From IMG/VR virus record IMGVR_UViG_3300045988_054881: a stretch of 33,689 bases of DNA, one strand, 5' to 3'. Each line of letters begins with the position of its first letter. Positions within the stretch are counted from its first letter, which is position 1. A program made the translations under genes and the position numbers. The notes below the pieces were generated by a model, which did not search any database, was not told where the DNA came from, and saw nothing but the letters and a program-made list of their open reading frames with translations. Origin of the DNA: a virus. This document shows, piece after piece, positions 8,740 to 15,476 of this stretch.

Positions 8740-9744
8740 TTAAGCCTCTACAATTTCAAATTTGCACTTAAAACTAACTGTACGTCCTAGGGTTCCGCCT
8801 TGTACGTTGTATGCGGCAGGGTTCTCTATAGTCACTTTCGCCCATTGGGTAGTGTCAATAGGGAAAACACCCATAACGGACTGCGAACGGGACAACCAGT
8901 ATAAAGCCTTGTTGTTATCCGGTGTGACTACAGTATTTACCGTTACCTTATAGGACAGTATTCGGTTACCGCCCGTTACGTTTAGCTGATATTCGGGTTC
9001 TACCCTAAAGCTATCGAAGTACATGCTATCGTAGAGCCCGTAGCTGTTAAGCCATTTAAGAGTAACACGTCTTGTAACGTTTCCGCAATACGGGTATTTC
9101 GTTGCATAACGTATATAGCCCCATATACTAGTTCCGTTCTGCGCCATCACCTGTAAGTTAGTAGGGTTGGCTACATTCCAGTATGTGCCATTCTGAATAG
9201 CCGTATTGGTGGAACCTCTGATAGTACGAGTGTACAACGTATTTGACCGGATAAGTTGACCGTAGTATATCCTGTTGTTGAAGGCCACGCCCGTTAGCGG
9301 TGAATTGTAAGTTAGCGCAAAGTCCAATTTATTAAAATTCCCATCTGCGTAATCTGTCAAATTGGCGGTTCCTGCGACATCATAGAACCTGCCATTAGCG
9401 GCAGACACATTGAATACAGGCATGAGTATTACTTTATTCGTTCCGCCTTCCTTATAAAATATGCGGATCAAATCCTCAAACCCCGCTGCTGCACTTTTGG
9501 TAGCTTCCACATAAGATGGGAAGGCGGGCGCCATTGACGACAGGTCTAGTACTGCCCGCTCATAAGGAACAACGTTAGCCTCGATAGCGTCCTCGTCATT
9601 GCGTAGGTAACTCACTATTATAGAGGTTACATTCGATACGTCTTCAAAACGGATTGGGCGGTATATCCCGGCACCGATACCACCGATAACCATCGTACCA
9701 CCGGACGTTGCTGTTGCATTAGTTAATAAATTGCGTACTACCAT
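8740..9744 (-). CDS. Tail-associated structural protein (putative).
   Basis: 334 aa with an ATG start. There is a 4-nt gap to the next gene and a 1-nt gap to the previous one. No diagnostic motif found. Confidence 0.35.
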   Translation of the reverse strand: MVVRNLLTNATATSGGTMVIGGIGAGIYRPIRFEDVSNVTSIIVSYLRNDEDAIEANVVPYERAVLDLSSMAPAFPSYVEATKSAAAGFEDLIRIFYKEGGTNKVILMPVFNVSAANGRFYDVAGTANLTDYADGNFNKLDFALTYNSPLTGVAFNNRIYYGQLIRSNTLYTRTIRGSTNTAIQNGTYWNVANPTNLQVMAQNGTSIWGYIRYATKYPYCGNVTRRVTLKWLNSYGLYDSMYFDSFRVEPEYQLNVTGGNRILSYKVTVNTVVTPDNNKALYWLSRSQSVMGVFPIDTTQWAKVTIENPAAYNVQGGTLGRTVSFKCKFEIVEA

Positions 9745-9745
9745 G

Positions 9746-10180
9746 TCATTTAGTTAAAATTGTTAATATCTCCGCCCGTACTATACGGTTGATTTCCACC
9801 ACTATACGGTTAACAAGTTCGGGCGTCAATATCTTACTTGCTACTCCACCTTCGTTATATCGGTTTGGAACCTTGATACCGTCCCGCTTGATAACATAGG
9901 CAATGGCGAACGCTGCCTCTTCCGGAATGTCGGTACCTGCGTTAGCGTTCTTGTCTTTTATCCATTGGCGGATGGCGGACACGGGCGGCATAGTGCCGGG
10001 CCTTCGTCCGTCTTCCATCTGATAAATATGCTGAGGACTCACTATCTTTATACCACCCGGGTACTCTTCAACCTGTGTGCCACGGTCGAACTCGCCCGAA
10101 GCGTTTAGCTTCATGGCGTAGTAGTGGGCAACGATTTCGTCCCGAATGGCATATATGTATCTAGTGATTTCTGCGTTCAT
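9746..10180 (-). CDS. Virion morphogenesis or head-tail joining protein (putative).
   Basis: 144 aa with an ATG start and its own TAtcTTTG box upstream. 'GRRPGTMPPVSAIRQWIKDK...AAFAIAYVIKRDG' resembles small phage morphogenesis proteins, but this rests on weak recollection only. Confidence 0.3.
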   Translation of the reverse strand: MNAEITRYIYAIRDEIVAHYYAMKLNASGEFDRGTQVEEYPGGIKIVSPQHIYQMEDGRRPGTMPPVSAIRQWIKDKNANAGTDIPEEAAFAIAYVIKRDGIKVPNRYNEGGVASKILTPELVNRIVVEINRIVRAEILTILTK

Positions 10181-10196
10181 ACTAATTAATTTTAGG

Positions 10197-10227
10197 CAAA
10201 GATACGCACCGGGATATTAGAAAACAA
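10197..10227 (-). promoter_or_regulatory. Bacteroidota-type promoter upstream of the 144-aa gene.
   Basis: The -7 box TATCTTTG is the reverse complement of 10197-10204. A 'cTTG' lies 20 nt upstream at 10225-10228. Confidence 0.5.
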
Positions 10228-10238
10228 GTACAGGGCAG

Positions 10239-10643
10239 TTAAGCCCCATACTTGTAAACGTCCAAACTTGCCTCCCATCCGGACTTTATGCTGTCATACT
10301 CGTTTTGCACCTTCCTGATTGTTACGCCTCCAACTTCATAACCGCAAATGAAGGAATGAAGGAAGTCACGCAATAACATCTCGGTACGGATAAGTGTAGC
10401 TATCTCTATTGCGTCATCGCGCATGTAGGCAGATATACCCATGCAGCGAACAACAATGCTGTAAGAGACGCTGTTAGGTACGTTGGTGTCCCTGTATGTT
10501 CCGCGTCGGATGTCAAGCGTAAAGAAGTCACCGGATAAGTCGTTGGCGGCTACATTCTGAACGTCGGTGTCACCGAATACGAGAGGCAAACCCAATTGGG
10601 TAGCTCTCGTGTTAGCTGTGTTAAGAATCGTTTCTAAATTCAT
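10239..10643 (-). CDS. Hypothetical late protein.
   Basis: 134 aa with an ATG start, compactly placed in the late operon. Confidence 0.4.
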   Translation of the reverse strand: MNLETILNTANTRATQLGLPLVFGDTDVQNVAANDLSGDFFTLDIRRGTYRDTNVPNSVSYSIVVRCMGISAYMRDDAIEIATLIRTEMLLRDFLHSFICGYEVGGVTIRKVQNEYDSIKSGWEASLDVYKYGA

Positions 10644-10646
10644 GGT

Positions 10647-11255
10647 CTACATTTTGTTTTGACGCTTTTTGGCGTCTCGTTTTTCCTTCTCCACCTCGTC
10701 ATGCTTTTTGGCAATGGCTAGGATGGCATCGGAATAATTCATTTTTTTGGCATCCTCAAAGGAACAGTGAAAAAGTTCAGCGGTGACCTGTATCAAACCT
10801 AACAGGTTCTTTGCTTTCCTTACTTCGTCTGATCCGGTGAACGTGTTTTGATCTCCTTTGCTCATCGACTGAAACAACACGCCCTCCAAGTTATCGGCAT
10901 ACTCTAGCTGTTCGGTTATAAACTTGTCAAGCTTTGCAGCGTCTATAACCGTCTTCGGTGAATACTGCTCGTCAGTCCACGCCTCTATACGTCCGATAAC
11001 ATCCTCGGCACGTCTTGTTTCAAGGACTGCCCACAAACCCATTTCGTCTAGAGACTTCAACCGATAAACGGCTTTGCCGTTACGTGTTACCACTTGTGAC
11101 GGCTTTACTAGTTTCACCATGAGTGACAATAGCTTTTCCTCGTCACCTGTCATCATTACATTGCCCGAAGGCGGAAGGTTGGCAATGTGCAGAAGCACTG
11201 CACGGTTGCGTAACATATTGAACTTCAATAGGTATTTTCTGAATCTTTTTATCAT
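10647..11255 (-). CDS. Hypothetical late protein with a lysine-rich C-terminus.
   Basis: 202 aa. Its start overlaps the TerL stop codon in an ATGA arrangement (11252-11255). The C-terminus reads 'EKEKRDAKKRQNKM'. Confidence 0.45.
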   Translation of the reverse strand: MIKRFRKYLLKFNMLRNRAVLLHIANLPPSGNVMMTGDEEKLLSLMVKLVKPSQVVTRNGKAVYRLKSLDEMGLWAVLETRRAEDVIGRIEAWTDEQYSPKTVIDAAKLDKFITEQLEYADNLEGVLFQSMSKGDQNTFTGSDEVRKAKNLLGLIQVTAELFHCSFEDAKKMNYSDAILAIAKKHDEVEKEKRDAKKRQNKM

Positions 11256-12397
11256 TTCGGCCTGTATCTTCTAATTAAGTAATCAACTCCATACCGCAAA
11301 GCGTCTAGTGCATGGTTCCATGCGTCTATCGCTTCATTGGTATAAGTGTCGGTGGACTCGTCTTTGATCCACTTGTAGTTATCCAACTCGTCTAGTAGCT
11401 TAACGGAACGCTTGGTGACGTGCAACTTAAACTGCTTCACCTGTGCGATACCGCCTGCCACTGATCCCTTGCCCTTCACACACGGAATAGCTTTGATACG
11501 TCTTTGCTGTAGCTCAACGATAGATTTCTGTTCTGCGTTGTCGCAAACCGTGATCAGCTTGTTAAGCATGTTGCCTGTTAGGTAGTCCGCTATGTGGGAA
11601 TTAAGTAAACCCGTCTCATAGCAAAGAAGGTCAACGTACAGGTCCCATCCGTGAAAACGTATATCGACGATAGCGGTCGGATCATTCACGAAACCGAAGT
11701 CAAGACCTAGGCAACGTCCTGTGTAGGTTTCCGGCATATCCTCTATAACCTCGTATGCGGGATATACATTTCCTTCGACGCCACCTGTTTCGCCTTCACC
11801 GTAAACACGCCACCAGTTAGCATCGTTCCTGTTCTTCTCGATAGCGCCTACCTGCTCTTTGGTCAAGTATGGGTTATCCTTATACGTTGATCTGATAGTT
11901 ACGTATCGGTTGCCAACAAACTCAGTCTCACCCCAGAACTTCCTAACCGGGTTAAAGTCAATGATGACTTTCTTTCTCGTACGGATGTCTAGTTGTCTGA
12001 ATATCTCTCTAGGTATGCCTTGTGCCTCGTTCACAAAAAGAATGTCGCGTGCGGGCCCGTGTACCTTGCTAGAGTTATCAACGCCAAAGAACTCGATCAT
12101 ACAGCCATTAGGGTAGGTGTACGTTCCTTCCGACTTATTGAAAGCGTTCTCGTCCCAAACCCCCTCGGTAACTAGCATGGCCTTAAAGTCACGCTGCATG
12201 CCTCGTTTCACCATCGGCAGTGTAGCGGCTACACATGAGATGATCAGCGGCTTTTCGGAGTTGGTGCATAAGATGTGAAACAGTTGAAGGGCTGCCCACG
12301 TTTTGCCGGAACGTGTTCCACCTTTCGAGGCGACACCTCGTATCTTTGGATCAACGAAAGCAGCCAGAAGCTTCTCGAATGTATAGGTTACATTCAT
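11252..12397 (-). CDS. terL: Terminase large subunit.
   Basis: Walker A 'SKGGTRSGKT' and Walker B-like 'ILFVNEA'. Nuclease-domain motifs 'GLDFGFVNDPTAIV' and 'HALDALRYG'. 381 aa, with its start overlapping the TerS stop as TAATG. Confidence 0.88.
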   Translation of the reverse strand: MNVTYTFEKLLAAFVDPKIRGVASKGGTRSGKTWAALQLFHILCTNSEKPLIISCVAATLPMVKRGMQRDFKAMLVTEGVWDENAFNKSEGTYTYPNGCMIEFFGVDNSSKVHGPARDILFVNEAQGIPREIFRQLDIRTRKKVIIDFNPVRKFWGETEFVGNRYVTIRSTYKDNPYLTKEQVGAIEKNRNDANWWRVYGEGETGGVEGNVYPAYEVIEDMPETYTGRCLGLDFGFVNDPTAIVDIRFHGWDLYVDLLCYETGLLNSHIADYLTGNMLNKLITVCDNAEQKSIVELQQRRIKAIPCVKGKGSVAGGIAQVKQFKLHVTKRSVKLLDELDNYKWIKDESTDTYTNEAIDAWNHALDALRYGVDYLIRRYRPK

Positions 12398-13017
12398 TAG
12401 ATACCTCCTAGCTTCTTTAAGTTGTCGACGGCCTCAGCTGACAGTACGTTCACCTGCATGGCTTTCGTGCCTGCTTCTTTACCGTTGGACGTTACATCCT
12501 TCAAGTCGCGAAGGCCTCGAAGTTTTGCCATATAGGTAGCGTCTACCATTCCAGCTAGCGCGCTTTCGTCCATCTCGGTTGTGATCAACTCTTTTATGAG
12601 GCAATAACCTAGATATAAGTTCTCGGCATCCGGGTTCCCATCGGCTGCAAGCTTTTCAAGCTTTTCCATATTCTTGTTGAAATCCTTGATACTCCATCCG
12701 ATAAACAGGCAGAACCCACCGACGGAAGGTGCGCGCTTCTTATCAATAGGAATTTTCTCACCTGCCATGTTGCCGCCCTTCATTACCTCGTATGAGATAA
12801 ACGGGTTCGCCTCACAGAAGTTCATATACTCGGCAACGTAATCTATACACTCATCAATAGTGTTCAGCGTTGCGCCCTTAACGCCTCGTACCTGCATCAC
12901 CTCGTAAAGTTGTGAGCATTTAGCAATACTGGGTTTAGGCGTTGGCGCCTTTCCGGTCGCCTGCCCTTTTATGATACCCGCTTTAGTTTCGGGCTCTGAT
13001 TTTCTTTTTCCGGCCAT
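12397..13017 (-). CDS. terS: Terminase small subunit (putative).
   Basis: Lies immediately upstream of and overlapping terL. 'APSVGGFCLFIGWSIKDF' resembles the HTH segment of small terminases. I chose the ATG at 13017 ('MAGKRKSEPE'); the ORF-track start at 13062 is a TTG codon. Confidence 0.6.
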   Translation of the reverse strand: MAGKRKSEPETKAGIIKGQATGKAPTPKPSIAKCSQLYEVMQVRGVKGATLNTIDECIDYVAEYMNFCEANPFISYEVMKGGNMAGEKIPIDKKRAPSVGGFCLFIGWSIKDFNKNMEKLEKLAADGNPDAENLYLGYCLIKELITTEMDESALAGMVDATYMAKLRGLRDLKDVTSNGKEAGTKAMQVNVLSAEAVDNLKKLGGI

Positions 13018-13106
13018 ATAGTTATATTGTTCGTTAGTAATGTACGTACGCACGAGGAACAACTAGTTCGCGCGCGTGCAGTCCCCTGTATGGGACGTGT
13101 GCGGCA

Positions 13107-13138
13107 CAAAAGTACACCGCCAATCCGGCATATACAAA
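13107..13138 (-). promoter_or_regulatory. Canonical Bacteroidota promoter for the late (packaging/structural/lysis) unit.
   Basis: On the minus strand, TTTG (13138-13135), then 20 nt, then TACTTTTG (13114-13107). This matches the TTTG-N19-21-TAnnTTTG consensus and lies ~90 nt upstream of the terS ATG. Confidence 0.6.
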
Positions 13139-13314
13139 TACGGCATAGTTTTTCAAATAAACTCCTTTGTCGTTGGTTTATACACACGAAATACCTACAT
13201 TTGCGGCTCTCACATACCTGTGAGGCCGTTACAAACCTATTCTAAATTAAATAATAAATTACAAAAACGGTTTGTAACACTTATCTATCTCACTTTCAAG
13301 TACTTATCTAAAAG

Positions 13315-13701
13315 TGTGACAAACTAAAAAAGTCAGTAACCACTTTTGTAACCACTTTTGTCACAGCTAATCACCTGATCTATTGCAAATTACGCGCTTT
13401 TCACAAGTATGTGACAAAGAAAACGCCTCAAACACTTCCAACAGGAAATATATAGGTATATTGCTATCTCTACATAGCAATATATTCTCTTTTCTAATAT
13501 AAGTGTTAGGGCTATTTTATATACTTACTGTAACACATATATATAAATAATTGATATAGAGGTAGTTAGCTGTGACAAAAGTGGTTACTATCCTGTGACA
13601 TCAACATTTTTCCTTTTTGTTATTTCTACTGATTATCAATTAGTTAGGTGTGACAAAGGAAAAACGCTATACTGATTATCAGCAGGTTAAGTGTGACAAA
13701 C
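13315..13701. promoter_or_regulatory. Non-coding module A. It holds 7 TGTGACA sites, a 23-bp perfect inverted repeat, a conserved hairpin, an AT-rich tract and 42-nt-period direct repeats.
   Basis: No ORF of 60 aa or more falls between 13328 and 13907. Motif coordinates are given in the findings. A stretch of 183 nt is colinear with 29965-30163. Confidence 0.75.
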
Positions 13702-13814
13702 TTTTAGGCACGTAAAATTAATTACTGTGAATTTTTTACTTTTTCTCCTTTTCGAGCGGTACGCCCGCAATCGACTTTTTGAAAGATTTGTCGACGCACC
13801 GAAAATATAAAACA

Positions 13815-13854
13815 AAAGTGCTAATCTGACATTTTGCAATCAAATTAGCACTTT
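13815..13854 (-). terminator. Putative terminator ending the early unit.
   Basis: An 11-bp stem, 'aaagtgctaat' (13815-25) pairing with 'attagcacttt' (13844-54), encloses an 18-nt loop. On the minus strand it is followed by 'tgttttatatttt'. Confidence 0.45.
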
Positions 13855-13907
13855 TTGCTATCACCTTTAAATAGAACACCCTATTCGTAAAAGGCACTAT
13901 CATTTTA

Positions 13908-14345
13908 TCACTCTACTACCTTCTTGACTACCGTTTTGACAAAAGTCCATCCGCCTATCGAACCGTCCCACCGCCAAAGCTGACCGCAAGTTCTGTTTTT
14001 ATTGAACCACGTATAGCGGATAACATTCCCTGCCCTGTCGGTTGAATACTCTCTAGGAACGTCCCGCTCGTTTCGTTTCTCTTCGGCTAGCCTGCCGAGA
14101 TCACGGAAAAGATATTGGCGCTTATTAATTTCCTGCTTATACGAGAAATCTTGTTCCTTCACATACTGGGCTAGCTTGTCAATCCACCCCCTACACTTTG
14201 CCGAACTTACATACCCTCGTCCGTACTTATCCTTGGTAACGCCTTCACTGCACCCGTACCGCCCTATAAATTCCCATATAATAAACGCATGTACGTTCAT
14301 GCTCATGGCAATGTCTATGAACTTAACCGTCGTACATTTCATCAT
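13908..14345 (-). CDS. Hypothetical protein (last gene of the early unit).
   Basis: 145 aa with an ATG start, followed by a hairpin. No motif recognised. Confidence 0.5.
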   Translation of the reverse strand: MMKCTTVKFIDIAMSMNVHAFIIWEFIGRYGCSEGVTKDKYGRGYVSSAKCRGWIDKLAQYVKEQDFSYKQEINKRQYLFRDLGRLAEEKRNERDVPREYSTDRAGNVIRYTWFNKNRTCGQLWRWDGSIGGWTFVKTVVKKVVE

Positions 14346-14466
14346 CTTTCATATTTTTAGTCATCTGCTTCGCTACCTCCCAGAGTACCACGCCAACGCC
14401 CGCCATGAACATTACAACAATCGCACCCGCAAACAACAGTTGCATTAATACTAATATTGCCTCCAT
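14323..14466 (-). CDS. Small single-pass membrane protein of 47 aa (absent from the ORF track).
   Basis: Hand translation gives MEAILVLMQLLFAGAIVVMFMAGVGVVLWEVAKQMTKNMKDDEMYDG*. Its ATG overlaps the upstream stop codon as ATGA (14464-14468). It fills an otherwise empty 120-nt gap. Confidence 0.45.
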   Translation of the reverse strand: MEAILVLMQLLFAGAIVVMFMAGVGVVLWEVAKQMTKNMKDDEMYDG

Positions 14467-14927
14467 CACATTAAAATTATTAGTTTAAACCCGTCTTTCC
14501 TCTTCGCTGCCTCTACCGGATTAATACATTCGGAGACATATATACCTCTCTCAGTTGGTATGTGATCCAAACCCGTAACGATCTGATCTATTATCGGCAG
14601 CCTGTATTTTGCCTCTATGAGTTTCGCCATCCACGACTTTCCCGTTCCGGGTTTCCCTATAATTAGAATACGCATAGGCTTTTCGTCTTCAGCGCGGTCT
14701 AGATCATATTTGCTCACGTACCAATACTTAGCCTGCTCGGTATCGGTAGACGGGATCAGTATAACATCTCCTAGGCTCAGTGCGTCCGCACTCCACCCCA
14801 CGGAAAAACCTTCTACAATTACTGATGCCCCGCGCCCTACAGAGTCATAACCTACTATCTTAACTTCTTCGCCACAAAAACAAAACGTTTCGCCTGCGTG
14901 TAGCTTCGCAAATTTAATATCATTCAT
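14466..14927 (-). CDS. Fusion of the novel 'FA..AG...VGY...GW' domain with a minimal P-loop segment.
   Basis: 153 aa. The N-terminus 'FAKLHAGETFCFCGEEVKIVGYDSVGRGASVIVEGFSVGW...YWYV' matches the domain seen in the next three genes. The C-terminal 'ILIIGKPGTGKSWMAKLIE' is a Walker A motif. Confidence 0.6.
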   Translation of the reverse strand: MNDIKFAKLHAGETFCFCGEEVKIVGYDSVGRGASVIVEGFSVGWSADALSLGDVILIPSTDTEQAKYWYVSKYDLDRAEDEKPMRILIIGKPGTGKSWMAKLIEAKYRLPIIDQIVTGLDHIPTERGIYVSECINPVEAAKRKDGFKLIILM

Positions 14928-15165
14928 ATACTTCTAATTCTTTAACGGTTGCATATCTTATTCGTCCCGCCTGCACTCTACAAGTGAAGACATGCGCGGG
15001 ATCATTTTTCATGTCTTCATATTTCCACCCACCCTTTAACCCGGTGACTATAACTCTCATGTTCCGTTCGGACTTTCTAACATATCCTACTACCCGGACT
15101 TTTTTACCTTCATACCGGGCTTCACGCCCGGCACATAAGGTTGCGAATGTCTTTGCACTTACCAC
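14920..15165 (-). CDS. Novel small-domain protein (array copy).
   Basis: 'FATLCAGREARYEGKKVRVVGYVRKSERNMRVIVTGLKGGW...IRYATVKELEVY'. The ORF-track start at 15204 is a TTG codon that overlaps the upstream gene by 46 nt. A GTG at 15165 gives an N-terminus comparable to the paralogs. The start remains uncertain. Confidence 0.5.
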   Translation of the reverse strand: MVSAKTFATLCAGREARYEGKKVRVVGYVRKSERNMRVIVTGLKGGWKYEDMKNDPAHVFTCRVQAGRIRYATVKELEVYE

Positions 15166-15449
15166 AGTGGTATTTCTTTTAGAGAAACCACCGCGGCATA
15201 CCAAAAACGTTTAGCTTTCGTTTTACACGTGAATTTGTCCTCGTAATCAAGATGGCGCCACCCCCTTCTGTGTGTTATGATTACTCTATCATAACTGTAG
15301 CCAACTACACGCACTCTACTTCCGTCTCCGTCAAATGTATAATAACGCCCCGCGTTATCCTCGGCAAACTGTCTTGCCGATACATCTTCGATTGGGATAA
15401 GCTGATCCCTGGTAACGTACAGACACCTTTCAACTTTGCCGTCCCACAT
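15159..15449 (-). CDS. Novel small-domain protein (array copy).
   Basis: 96 aa with an ATG start. 'FAEDNAGRYYTFDGDGSRVRVVGYSYDRVIITHRRGW...FWYAAVVSLKEI'. Confidence 0.55.
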   Translation of the reverse strand: MWDGKVERCLYVTRDQLIPIEDVSARQFAEDNAGRYYTFDGDGSRVRVVGYSYDRVIITHRRGWRHLDYEDKFTCKTKAKRFWYAAVVSLKEIPLW

Positions 15450-15476
15450 TCTCTCTTAAAAATTCTAGTGTTCCCA

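Noticed and set aside
12400-12412. AGGAGG 8 nt upstream of the terL ATG, as a Shine-Dalgarno site.
   Set aside because: It lies within terS codons (…GGI*). Other genes here lack SD sequences and instead have A-rich leaders, as is typical for Bacteroidota. It is probably coincidental, though translational coupling is possible.
13062-13062. N-terminal extensions given by the ORF track for several genes (starts at 13062, 15204, 15995, 28048, 30998 and 31401).
   Set aside because: Five of the six begin at TTG codons translated as M (13062, 15204, 28048, 31401) or overlap the preceding gene (30998). The start at 15995 is an ATG, but it lies inside the promoter -7 box. Downstream ATG or GTG starts give N-termini consistent with the paralogs or domain boundaries.
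12969-13327. ORFs in the terS upstream region (12969-13187 minus; 13027-13245 and 13076-13327 plus).
   Set aside because: They overlap the terS 5' end and the late promoter. Their products are Cys/Arg-rich with odd composition, and there are no plausible starts. The region is better explained as regulatory.
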